A DNA stretch of 64,000 nucleotides, taken from a bacterium (GTDB taxonomy: Bacteria; Patescibacteriota; Minisyncoccia; Phycocordibacterales; UBA9973). Of the stretch, positions 1-8,799 are shown one piece after another; position 1 is the first letter of the stretch; each line of letters starts with the position of its first letter. The position numbers were made by a program, and so were the translations under genes. The DNA lies in contig JBAXSP010000003.1 in assembly GCA_037130655.1 (NCBI GenBank), forward strand, positions 4,684-68,683, in the 5' to 3' direction. The notes below the pieces were generated by a model, which was not told the DNA's origin, made no database searches, and worked only from the letters and a program-made list of their open reading frames with translations.

Positions 1-1
1 T

Positions 2-487
2 TTCGATTCAAATGTACCGAATGCAAATATTGGTGCCCGTCAAGACTTTATTAAGTCTGGTAAGAAATACACAGGTACTACTTTTAAAACATCTAATAGT
101 TTAATCGTAGATAAAAATTTTATTAATGATGATAGTAATTTTACCAATACAGACACACTTGGTCTTGATTGGCGTTTTACACACGGTATAGGGCTTACAC
201 AGGTTACTTGTCAGCCCAAAACTACTGATTGGAACCAGAAGGATCAATTACCGAATTGTACATTTGCGGGTACTTCATATACACCCAAAGAATTATTGAA
301 ACCAGAAAAAAATCTTGAGGCAGGTGGTCGTTTGTGGGCATATTATTACAAAGCTTGTAATAAAGATGTTTTTAAGACATGGAAAGCATATGCCTCTGGT
401 TCGTGTGAATCACCAAATAAATTTGCTGTTGAAGAAGCTACTGTTAGAACGGATTTATATAACCAATGTATAAAAGAAGGTTTTTAA
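2..487 (+). CDS. 3' part of a probable lytic transglycosylase (SLT/lysozyme-like) domain protein, truncated by the window start
   Basis: Frame 2 is open from base 2 to TAA at 485-487; the ORF track shows only 296..487. The translation contains HGIGLTQV (GLMQ-like), ELLKPEKNLEAGGRLW (P..NI..G..YL-like) and KAYASG (AYNxG-like) in SLT order. Confidence 0.65.
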   Translation, partial: FDSNVPNANIGARQDFIKSGKKYTGTTFKTSNSLIVDKNFINDDSNFTNTDTLGLDWRFTHGIGLTQVTCQPKTTDWNQKDQLPNCTFAGTSYTPKELLKPEKNLEAGGRLWAYYYKACNKDVFKTWKAYASGSCESPNKFAVEEATVRTDLYNQCIKEGF

Positions 488-497
488 TTAATACATT

Positions 498-1802
498 ATG
501 CTTAGAAAAATACTTCGATTATTAATACTGCTCGCATTGATTGGTGCTTTGGTGCTCGGTATTTATTATTTCACTTCGACTCGTAATCAACCAACAATTC
601 CTGGTGAACAAAAGAAAAGTTTTTCTTTCAAAGATTTTTTGCCATTTGGTACAAAAAAGACAACTACAACAGAAGACACAAACGGTTCTATTGAAATACC
701 AACAGATTTAGCTGCGCCGGTTGTTGAAGCACCTAAAAAGATGTACCGTCTTTCAAATAGAAAGGTGGTTGCTATTGTTCCATACCAAAGAGAGCGAATG
801 ATTGATATACCTGTTGCGACTTCGACAACAAAGACCAAGATGCCACAACCAACCAAAGAAATCACCTATGATTATGGGGTGCGGTTTTTGGAAAAAACTT
901 CAGGACTTATTTATGAAATGATGAATGCGGTACCTGGTGTTGAAAAAAGAATTTCAGACAGTGTGACCCCAACGCTTGGGGAAGGAATGATTGGTAATGA
1001 TGGTAATTCTTTGATTTCTCGGTTTTTGCGACCAGAAGACGATGCGACAATCGATACCTTTGTTGGAAATGTTATCGGTATGAGTACTCCTGCAAAAATC
1101 ATCGGTTCATTCTTGCCGAGAAATGTTGTTTCGATTAGTGTATCGCCTGATGGTAGCAAATACTTCTATCTGTATCCAATAAACGGGGGAGCTACTGGAG
1201 TAGTATCAAATTTTGTTGGAGGAAACAAGGCTACCATATTTACTTCACCGTTTACTGAGTGGGCAACTTCTTGGACAAATCAGCAGTTTATTACGGTATA
1301 TCCAAAACCGTCAGGTTTAGTTAAGAATTATGTCTATCGTGTAGATGCAAGTACTGGGGAAATGAAAAAACTTGTTGGTGGATTACCAGGACTTAGTGCA
1401 ATCATGTCACCCGATGGAACAATGGTTGCGTACTCTCATGCAAAAAACAATAGCATGGCATTGACCATCTACTCACCGGATCAAATGAAAGGAAAAGAAA
1501 CAGGATTGCAAACACTTTCAGATAAATGTGTATTTTCTCCTGATGGAAGATATCTCTATTGTGCTGTACCAAATACTGTTTCTGGTGCAACGTATCCAGA
1601 CACTTGGTATAAAGGTGAAGTTTCATTTGAGGATTCTTTTTGGAAGCTCGATGTTGCAAACCAAGCATATTATTTGATTGTTGATACAACAGAAACAGGT
1701 GACAGTGTTGATGCGACAAATCTTCAGATATCAAAAGACGGATCACTCTTGTATTTCATTAATAAAAAAGATGATACGCCGTGGGTGGTGGAGACAAGGT
1801 AA
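498..1802 (+). CDS. N-terminally membrane-anchored beta-propeller (TolB/WD40-like) protein
   Basis: 434 aa; one hydrophobic N-terminal helix; repeated SPDG motifs (VSPDGSK, MSPDGTM, FSPDGRY, ISKDGSL). Confidence 0.75.
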   Translation: MLRKILRLLILLALIGALVLGIYYFTSTRNQPTIPGEQKKSFSFKDFLPFGTKKTTTTEDTNGSIEIPTDLAAPVVEAPKKMYRLSNRKVVAIVPYQRERMIDIPVATSTTKTKMPQPTKEITYDYGVRFLEKTSGLIYEMMNAVPGVEKRISDSVTPTLGEGMIGNDGNSLISRFLRPEDDATIDTFVGNVIGMSTPAKIIGSFLPRNVVSISVSPDGSKYFYLYPINGGATGVVSNFVGGNKATIFTSPFTEWATSWTNQQFITVYPKPSGLVKNYVYRVDASTGEMKKLVGGLPGLSAIMSPDGTMVAYSHAKNNSMALTIYSPDQMKGKETGLQTLSDKCVFSPDGRYLYCAVPNTVSGATYPDTWYKGEVSFEDSFWKLDVANQAYYLIVDTTETGDSVDATNLQISKDGSLLYFINKKDDTPWVVETR

Positions 1803-1943
1803 TGTCTAGTGACCAGTGACTAATGACTAATAAAACGAAATTTCTTTGTAAATTTCGTTTTATTTTTTATCAAATAAAATTTGATATTTAAATACTAAAA
1901 AGTCAACATTTTTCTGGTCATTGGTCATTGGTCATTGGTCATT
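1801..1943. repeat. Inverted pair of 4x heptamer (ARTGACY) arrays enclosing a hairpin
   Basis: 1801-1831 aatgtct-agtgacc-agtgact-aatgact-aat; 1914-1943 ctggtca-ttggtca-ttggtca-ttggtca-tt in the reverse orientation. Confidence 0.85.
1829..1868 (+). terminator. Intrinsic terminator-like hairpin
   Basis: 15-bp perfect stem aataaaacgaaattt/aaatttcgttttatt, 6-nt loop, T tract, just after the 498..1802 stop. Confidence 0.7.
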
Positions 1944-1964
1944 ATTTTTGCTATGATTTATCCT

Positions 1965-2705
1965 ATGTTACACACATTTTGGATTACATTTATACATACA
2001 CCACTACACAATATATTGGCAGTTTTACTCGGAACCATTTCTTTTGGCGATCTTGGAGTTGCTATTATTCTTTTGACCGTGTTGGTCAAACTTGCACTGC
2101 TTCCGTTGGCTAAAAAATCTATCATCAGTCAGTTGAAGATGAAAAAACTTGAGCCAAAGCTCAAAGAAATTAAAACACTCTATCCAGACAAGGCGATTCA
2201 AGCGCAAAAAACAATGGAGGTATACAAAACAGAAGGAGTCAATCCTTTTTCTGGATTTCTTCTTGTGTTGATACAGCTTCCGATTTTGATAGCACTCTTT
2301 AGTCTCTTTAGAAAAGGAGTTTCTTTTGCTCCTGAATCACTATATTCATTCGTCCATGCACCGGCACATATTTCAATGAAATTTCTAGGTTTGATTGATC
2401 TTGCGAAACCAAGTATTGCACTCGCTGTGTTTGTTGGAATCACTCAATATTATTTGGCGATTTTGACTATTGGTAAAAATAGCAAACAAACAGCCGTTGC
2501 GACTGAAAACAGTAAACCGTCATTTCAGGATGAAATGGCAAAGAGTATGAATATGCAAATGCGGTATGTCATGCCAGTAATGATGGCATTCTTTGCCTAT
2601 GTTGGAACAGGTATTGTTGCACTCTATTTCCTCACCAGTAACATCATGACGTACATACAAGAATATATTATTCGTAAGAAACACAACATAATTACTAATG
2701 ACTAA
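1965..2705 (+). CDS. yidC: YidC/Oxa1 family membrane protein insertase
   Basis: GVAIILLTVLVKLALLPL, PKLKEIK, GVNPFSG..LVLIQLPILIALF, ALYFLTSN motifs. ATG 1965 chosen because TGcTATGAT lies 7 nt upstream. Confidence 0.95.
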   Translation: MLHTFWITFIHTPLHNILAVLLGTISFGDLGVAIILLTVLVKLALLPLAKKSIISQLKMKKLEPKLKEIKTLYPDKAIQAQKTMEVYKTEGVNPFSGFLLVLIQLPILIALFSLFRKGVSFAPESLYSFVHAPAHISMKFLGLIDLAKPSIALAVFVGITQYYLAILTIGKNSKQTAVATENSKPSFQDEMAKSMNMQMRYVMPVMMAFFAYVGTGIVALYFLTSNIMTYIQEYIIRKKHNIITND

Positions 2706-2789
2706 TTACCAATGACCAATTGTTCGAAAAAAAACGGAACCCAGTGGGTTCCGTTTTAATTAGTCATTCGTAACTGGTCATTGGTCATT
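2690..2789. repeat. Inverted pair of 4x heptamer arrays enclosing a terminator; supplies the C-termini and stops of yidC and rnpA
   Basis: 2690-2721 aattact-aatgact-aattacc-aatgacc-aatt; 2758-2789 reverse complement reads aatgacc-aatgacc-agttacg-aatgact-aatt. Confidence 0.85.
2727..2757. terminator. Bidirectional terminator between convergent yidC and rnpA
   Basis: aaaacggaaccc-agt-gggttccgtttt, 12-bp stem with A/T tracts. Confidence 0.8.
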
Positions 2790-3091
2790 ACTGTATCAAA
2801 TTCTTTTTGATACAGTTGTTTCGGTTCGTTTTTGTTTACAAATATAAAATAGTACCCAGTAGGGAATGAGTCTTTTTTCTCACGAAGGATGTTGTAGATA
2901 CTTCGTTTGATCGCATGTCTATCTACTGATTTTTTGGCAACCTTCTTTGATACAATTACAGAAAAACGGCGAGAGGTGCCGTCTTTTGTAAAGTGTGCCC
3001 GTAATATGAATGAATTACTTGGGAACGCTTTGGTCTTCTTGCTATAGGTATCAAAAAGGGCTTTTGGAATTCGCTCTTTTTTTGAAAGCAT
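2756..3091 (-). CDS. rnpA: Ribonuclease P protein component
   Basis: MLSKKERI start and FSVIVSKKVAKKSVDRHAIKR (RNR-motif variant); directly downstream of rpmH. Confidence 0.93.
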   Translation of the reverse strand: MLSKKERIPKALFDTYSKKTKAFPSNSFILRAHFTKDGTSRRFSVIVSKKVAKKSVDRHAIKRSIYNILREKKDSFPTGYYFIFVNKNEPKQLYQKEFDTVMTNDQLRMTN

Positions 3092-3100
3092 AGGAGGAGA

Positions 3101-3250
3101 TTATTTTTGCTTTGTTACAACGGCCAATTTTGCACGTCCTTTTTGTCGGCGTCGAGCAAGTACGTTTTTACCAGTACTAGAAGCTGATCTTACAAGAAAA
3201 CCGTGAGTTTTTGCGCGTTTTCGCTTTTTTGGTTGATAGGTCTGTGACAT
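3101..3250 (-). CDS. rpmH: 50S ribosomal protein L34 (absent from the ORF track)
   Basis: Manual translation [49 protein letters not shown] (49 aa) with the TYQP..RKR.KTHGF..R and RRR.KGR..L motifs. Confidence 0.97.
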   Translation of the reverse strand: MSQTYQPKKRKRAKTHGFLVRSASSTGKNVLARRRQKGRAKLAVVTKQK

Positions 3251-3379
3251 ATGGGAATAATATACACTATTAAGGCTGAATAGACAAGACTTTGCCTTTG
3301 TTTATAAAAGAGTGCCTGTTTCCACAAAAAATAAGGTAAAGCACCGTTCTTTGCTCTATTGAAATGATATACTATATCT

Positions 3380-3529
3380 ATGCAAGATTTTAATAATCAT
3401 TCTTTTCCTAAAAAAGAACTTTCTCATCGACTGTATATCAACAAAAAGAAATTTTTTCTGCGTACATCTCTGTTACTTGTCATACTTTTGATACTTGCAA
3501 TGAATGCCTTTTTAAAAAATCACCAATAA
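3380..3529 (+). CDS. Small (49 aa) single-pass membrane protein, probable first gene of the operon
   Basis: MQDFNNHSFPKKELSHRLYINKKKFFLRTSLLLVILLILAMNAFLKNHQ; TGaTATACT 6 nt before the ATG; stop 7 nt before the next start. Confidence 0.6.
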   Translation: MQDFNNHSFPKKELSHRLYINKKKFFLRTSLLLVILLILAMNAFLKNHQ

Positions 3530-3536
3530 TATTGTT

Positions 3537-6500
3537 ATGAATATCTTTAAGAAAATTATAGTAATCGCAACACTTTTTATTTCAGGGCTTTTTTTGATAC
3601 CAACAATTTCACAAGCGGGAATTGGTAACAATATATTTGGTAATGCCTGGAGTGACAATATTGGCTGGATTAGTTTCAATAACTGTACCAAACCAGACAC
3701 TAGTACTTGCAGTGGTTATGACTACGGAGCAAATTATGTTGGCAGTGTATGGAGTGGGTATGCCTGGAGTGATAATATTGGCTGGATCAGTTTCAATCCA
3801 AGTGATTGGGGTGCTTGTCCGCCAAGTGGTTCTTGTTCGTCGTATGCTTCATACAATAACTCTACGGCAAATACATGGGTATGGGGTAGAGCACTAAATG
3901 GTATTGGTAGTTTAGATACAGAAACTGGTGGAGACTACTACGACGGCTGGATTGCTATTTATGGAAATGATGGGAACGGTAATAGTTTTGGTCCGACAGT
4001 AAGTAATCCATATACTGCAAACTCAGGTTCACTGAGTGGATTTTATGTAAGAGATATCAAATATTCATCTGTTTCAGGTGGGCGTATAGCTGGTTCTGGA
4101 TATGCATGGGGAGGTGCCGTCATTGGTTGGATTGACTTAGCAATAGATAAATTTGGTAATACCACTGAGCTATATGCATTTGTGCCTAAGTTAATGTTAA
4201 CCGCGTCACCGCAATCTGTTTCTTCAGGAAACACCAGCACCACACTTTCTTGGTCATCACCGGATGGTACAACGTATTCATCGTGTGTCGGTCTTGGTGG
4301 TGGAAGTGATTGGAATAACACAACTCAAAGCGCAATTACTTCAGGAAACCCAACTCGAACAAAAACGAATGTGAGTGTACCAAATAGTCCAACAGTGTTT
4401 AAAATTACTTGTACTACTTCTACTGGTGTAACAGCAACTGCTGAAACAAGTGTGACTATCAATAATTGTGTAAGTGGAAATTGTCAAAACAGTATTCATC
4501 TTGATGCAAATCCAACTGTTGTGAATAGTGGAGGCACAACAAAACTTTCTTGGTACTCACCAACAAATACGGCATTTACTGGTAGTTGTACTGCTTCAGG
4601 TGGAGGCACTGATTGGAATGGAACACAATCACAACCAACAACAACTAATCCGACTCGTTCAAAATCAAGTGTGAGTGTGCCGACTAGTCCGAAAACAACT
4701 TTCAAAATTACTTGTCCGATTGCCAACGGAGGAACGGTTTCAAATACTGTTGATGTGTATGTGAACTCTTCTTCTTCAAACTTGAGTATTGTTTCTGATC
4801 CTCTTATTTCACCTGTCGGCGGCAAGATCAAATTGACTTATAGTTCACCTTCAAGTACTGCATATACTTCTTGTACAAGTATTGGTGGTGGAAGTGACTG
4901 GGATAATATAACTCAAACAGCACTTAGTGCTGGAAATAGTTACACCAAAGCAGTGAGTAATATTGTCGTACCGCAACCAAATCCTCCAGTAGGTTTTGTG
5001 ATGTACGGCATTCAATGTCAAACATCATCAGGTATCATTGACACTGCATTTACTCCGGTATATATCACGAGCACTCCATCAACACTATTACTGACAGCAA
5101 GTCCAACAACAGTACCTTCAGGAAGTACAACCAATTTGTATTGGTATTCACCAAATGCAACTAATTTTACGAGTTGTACTGCGGGAGGCGGGGGAACTGA
5201 TTGGAATGGGCAAACATTGTCTGTACCAACAACAACGACACCAAACCCAGCAATGTACGGTGTTTCTGTTCCAAATGCAAAAACAATATATACCATTAGT
5301 TGTATCGACACAGCAGGTACGACACAGACTGCTGCTGCAATGGTCACGCAAGGAACAACAAAACTAACGCTTACCGCAAATCCAACTAGTGTTTCTTCTG
5401 GTGGAACAACAGCACTTACATGGTCTGCTGCTTCAGGAACAGCTTACTCAGACTGTGTCGGTAGTGGAGGAGATTCAAACTGGAACAAGAGTCAGGGAAT
5501 ATTATCAGGAGGTACACAAAAATCTCTCTCTTCAGTTGGTGTGCCAACCTATCCAAAAACTACCTACTTTTTGACTTGTACAATCAGCGGTACATCAAAT
5601 ACCGAAGTTGCTAGTGCAGAGGTGACAATCACTCATACATTGAAAGTAAATATGAGTGCAAGTCCTGTTGCTGTGTTGTCAGGTAATTCGTCTACAATTA
5701 CTTGGAGTGTTGATAATGCAACTGCGTCAACTTCTTGTAGTGCTGGTACACCAAGTGGATGGACTAGTAGTACAAGTGTTACAGGTAGTCAGCAAGTAAA
5801 CAATATTACAACTGACAAAACATACAATCTTAATTGTTCAGATTCATACACTGGTGCAATGGCTTCTGGTTCTATAACGGTGGGAGTGTTATCGATTGAT
5901 AGTTTTTCAAAGTCAGGAACTTGTATCAATCAAGGTGTTGATGCTCGTTTGAATTGGACTGCAACAAATGCAACATCATGTACTGTTCGTTACTACAGTG
6001 GTGGATATACTGGTGGGGGTGGAGGTTTTGGTGTGGCGCAAACACCAGATAAAACATTTACTGCTTCTTCAACTGAAGCAAACTATGTAACGACCGGTGC
6101 TAGTACTGGAGACTTCACACTGACCTGTTCAAATGGATCAATCAATACAACTGAAAGCGAAACTTATATGGTTAGTGTCACACAATGTGCACCGAAGTTT
6201 TCAGTTTCATCTCTGACCACTTGTGCTTCAAGTACTGCACAGAGTTTTTATCAGGCAAGTCCTCCAAACGGAAACTATAAAGCCACAACAACGTTTGTTG
6301 CAGTACCTTCAAACGGATTTAATAGCACAATCAATCTTTCTATTCCTTCAAATGGTTACGGTGGAATTCCTTCATCTGCGCTGTCTTGGACATCATCAAG
6401 TGTTTCTTTGGTAAATGGTTCATACAAAAAGAACTTATCAATTAACTTAACAAAAACCCAATATAATACTTGGATTAATTCAGTCACCAATAAATACAAC

Positions 6501-6617
6501 ACCATCAAAATTCAAGGAACTGGAACACAGTCAGGCACAACAACAACACAAACTGGTTCGTATGGAATTTGTGGGCCAGGAGGAAGTTCACCGGTACCAG
6601 TTTTCAGACCCATCTAA
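3537..6617 (+). CDS. Large secreted surface protein: Trp-rich G.AWS.NIGWI repeats followed by 6-7 Cys-containing Ig/PKD-like repeats
   Basis: Signal peptide; GNAWSDNIGWISF, GYAWSDNIGWISF, GYAWGGAVIGWI; repeats LTASP..V.SG..T.L.W...C...GGG.DWN...V.VP...I.C of about 95 aa. Confidence 0.8.
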   Translation: MNIFKKIIVIATLFISGLFLIPTISQAGIGNNIFGNAWSDNIGWISFNNCTKPDTSTCSGYDYGANYVGSVWSGYAWSDNIGWISFNPSDWGACPPSGSCSSYASYNNSTANTWVWGRALNGIGSLDTETGGDYYDGWIAIYGNDGNGNSFGPTVSNPYTANSGSLSGFYVRDIKYSSVSGGRIAGSGYAWGGAVIGWIDLAIDKFGNTTELYAFVPKLMLTASPQSVSSGNTSTTLSWSSPDGTTYSSCVGLGGGSDWNNTTQSAITSGNPTRTKTNVSVPNSPTVFKITCTTSTGVTATAETSVTINNCVSGNCQNSIHLDANPTVVNSGGTTKLSWYSPTNTAFTGSCTASGGGTDWNGTQSQPTTTNPTRSKSSVSVPTSPKTTFKITCPIANGGTVSNTVDVYVNSSSSNLSIVSDPLISPVGGKIKLTYSSPSSTAYTSCTSIGGGSDWDNITQTALSAGNSYTKAVSNIVVPQPNPPVGFVMYGIQCQTSSGIIDTAFTPVYITSTPSTLLLTASPTTVPSGSTTNLYWYSPNATNFTSCTAGGGGTDWNGQTLSVPTTTTPNPAMYGVSVPNAKTIYTISCIDTAGTTQTAAAMVTQGTTKLTLTANPTSVSSGGTTALTWSAASGTAYSDCVGSGGDSNWNKSQGILSGGTQKSLSSVGVPTYPKTTYFLTCTISGTSNTEVASAEVTITHTLKVNMSASPVAVLSGNSSTITWSVDNATASTSCSAGTPSGWTSSTSVTGSQQVNNITTDKTYNLNCSDSYTGAMASGSITVGVLSIDSFSKSGTCINQGVDARLNWTATNATSCTVRYYSGGYTGGGGGFGVAQTPDKTFTASSTEANYVTTGASTGDFTLTCSNGSINTTESETYMVSVTQCAPKFSVSSLTTCASSTAQSFYQASPPNGNYKATTTFVAVPSNGFNSTINLSIPSNGYGGIPSSALSWTSSSVSLVNGSYKKNLSINLTKTQYNTWINSVTNKYNTIKIQGTGTQSGTTTTQTGSYGICGPGGSSPVPVFRPI

Positions 6618-6652
6618 TTGTTTGTGTCGATTAAAAAGTATAAAATAAGCAT

Positions 6653-6997
6653 ATGAAAACAGTATCTCTCCAAAAAATAAAACTACTCTCTTTAGGAATT
6701 ATCGTCGCATTATTTGCAAACCTGTTGTTTGCATGGAATGGCCCAGCAGGGAATCCGATTGCCAATAATCTATCCGCACCAATTACAACAAGTGCTGTTG
6801 CACAGGCAAAAGGAAAAACAACTGCAACAAACGCAAGTACAACACTTGATGTTGACGGAGTGCTCGCTGGTAATGCGCTTGGTATCAACGGAGATGTAAC
6901 AATTGGTGGAGAGTTTGTGTTGAGTAAAATAGCAAGCAGTGGAAGTGCAGAGCGAGATATTTGTGTCGACTTAGCAGGGAAAATTATTATTTGTTAA
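6653..6997 (+). CDS. Small secreted protein made only of the AWNGPA...P...Q.KG module
   Basis: Signal peptide then AWNGPAGNPIANNLSAPITTSAVAQAKG; ends ICVDLAGKIIIC; paralogous to the N-terminus of the next gene. Confidence 0.7.
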   Translation: MKTVSLQKIKLLSLGIIVALFANLLFAWNGPAGNPIANNLSAPITTSAVAQAKGKTTATNASTTLDVDGVLAGNALGINGDVTIGGEFVLSKIASSGSAERDICVDLAGKIIIC

Positions 6998-7008
6998 TCA
7001 AACAAAGT

Positions 7009-8385
7009 ATGTCAGAACAATTCAAACAACAATCAAAAGCATTTTTATTAGGATTTATCATCATCATTGGTGTTTCTGTTGTATCTGCATGGAATGGTCC
7101 AGCAAGTACTGCGCTTACTTCAAACACAGCTAGTCCTATTGATGTCAGCGCAACACCACAAGGAAAAGGTAAAACACCGACCTCAGGAACATTACTTGAT
7201 ATCGGTGGAATTTTGGCATCAAACGCACTTGCTGTTTGGGGTGATGCAACTATTCAAGGTGATGTAACGCTCGGTAAACAAGCAACATCAACCTCTGCGA
7301 CCAATCGACGTCTCTGTGTTGATTCAACAGGAAAAATTATTCTTTGTGGTCAACAAAATTTTGCATATACAACACCAGGAAGTTATACCTTCACGGTACC
7401 TTCAGGGGTCAATAGTATTGTTGTTGAACTATATGGTGGCGGAGGTGCTGGGTTTAGTGATTTTTATACCGTTAGTGGTAGCGGTCAAGGAAAAAATGAA
7501 GATGGTGGCGCAACAAGCTTTGTTCATTCATCAGATTCATCAAAAGCAAATTTGATTGCTTATGGTGGTAAGACTCCAACATCAGCAACTACTGGTGGAA
7601 ATGGTGGATCATATTCAACTACTGGTTCACAAGTTGTCTCAGCTGGAACAACAAATTCATCTGGGCCAAGTGGTGACTCTCCAACTACCGCAGCCTCACA
7701 ATCTTTTTTGTGTAAAGTAGCAAACGGCACTTATGCTGGTTGGGAATTATGGCTTGGAAGCGCTGGTTCTAATGGAGCAAATGGAGGTGGTACGGGTAGT
7801 GGTACTGGTGGTACTAGTGGTAGTGTTATAACAAAAGATACATCAAACAATACACTCAATTCTTCATCTTGTGGAAGTACTACAATTGTTAACAACTTGA
7901 TTAGTATGGCGTCTAGTGGTTTTGGAAACACTTCAAACGGTAATACTTTTAAAATTTTTACTAACTCAAATAGATATCCATCAAGCAATGCTTCTGACGG
8001 ATCTGGTCCTGGTTCTGGTGGCGGAGGTGCTGGTGCTATTGCTGGTTTTGGTGCTTTTGATAGCTATAGTAATGGTCCGAGTATGACTGCGTATAGTAAT
8101 GGGGTAAATGGTCTTTGTAATGACGATAATGGTTCTGGTGCCTATAACAAAGCTCTTTGTGGAGGACAAAGAGGTAAACCAGGAGGAGGTGCTGGTGGGT
8201 ATATCAAAGCAAAACTTTCTGTTACTCCAGGTGATTCGTATACGATGACTGTTGGTGCTGGTGGTAAATCAAACGCATACGGTACATACTGGATTGGTTC
8301 TTATGCTGGTAATGGAAGTCCTATCTATACAGGAGTTTATTCAGGAAAAGGTGCACCAGGAGCTATTAATATTACGTACAACTAA
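7009..8385 (+). CDS. Secreted fibre/adhesin-like protein: AWNGPA module plus glycine-rich domain
   Basis: ATG at 7009; AWNGPAS...PIDVSATPQGKG, LCVDSTGKIILC, then YTTPGSYTFTVPSGV..IVVELYGGGGAG ... GGGAGGYI...VTPG..Y...VGAGG. Confidence 0.75.
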   Translation: MSEQFKQQSKAFLLGFIIIIGVSVVSAWNGPASTALTSNTASPIDVSATPQGKGKTPTSGTLLDIGGILASNALAVWGDATIQGDVTLGKQATSTSATNRRLCVDSTGKIILCGQQNFAYTTPGSYTFTVPSGVNSIVVELYGGGGAGFSDFYTVSGSGQGKNEDGGATSFVHSSDSSKANLIAYGGKTPTSATTGGNGGSYSTTGSQVVSAGTTNSSGPSGDSPTTAASQSFLCKVANGTYAGWELWLGSAGSNGANGGGTGSGTGGTSGSVITKDTSNNTLNSSSCGSTTIVNNLISMASSGFGNTSNGNTFKIFTNSNRYPSSNASDGSGPGSGGGGAGAIAGFGAFDSYSNGPSMTAYSNGVNGLCNDDNGSGAYNKALCGGQRGKPGGGAGGYIKAKLSVTPGDSYTMTVGAGGKSNAYGTYWIGSYAGNGSPIYTGVYSGKGAPGAINITYN

Positions 8386-8386
8386 T

Positions 8387-8716
8387 ATGGAAAACTCAAA
8401 TACAGAACAATCTCCTGTGGAGGAAATAGTGCAAACACCAACACCGATACAAAACACTGCTCATCACGGTCCAAAAAAAATAACCTTTTGGATTGCAATA
8501 CTTGTGTTGGTTGCTGTCGGAAGTTTCCTTTTTGTAAAATACTATATTCCAATATATAAAATTCATCAAAAAGAAAAAGTAATTGAATCACTTAAAGAAG
8601 AAGGAGTCTATCAAACAGAAGAACAGAAGAAAGAAGTAATAAAAAACTTAAATAGCAGTCCTGTGTTGAATGAAAATGATTGGAGTAAGGTAATACAACA
8701 GCTAAATAAAAAATAA
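8387..8716 (+). CDS. Hypothetical single-pass membrane protein
   Basis: ATG 8387 lies just after the upstream stop; one TM segment (ITFWIAILVLVAVGSFLFV). Confidence 0.65.
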   Translation: MENSNTEQSPVEEIVQTPTPIQNTAHHGPKKITFWIAILVLVAVGSFLFVKYYIPIYKIHQKEKVIESLKEEGVYQTEEQKKEVIKNLNSSPVLNENDWSKVIQQLNKK

Positions 8717-8720
8717 GTAT

Positions 8721-8755
8721 AAAAATAAACAACCACGAAGGTTGTTTATTTTTTT
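8721..8755 (+). terminator. Intrinsic terminator
   Basis: aaaaataaacaacc-acgaa-ggttgtttattttt. Confidence 0.75.
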
Positions 8756-8799
8756 ATATACTATTCTCTAACGTTAATGCGTATGCGATAATAGTACAT

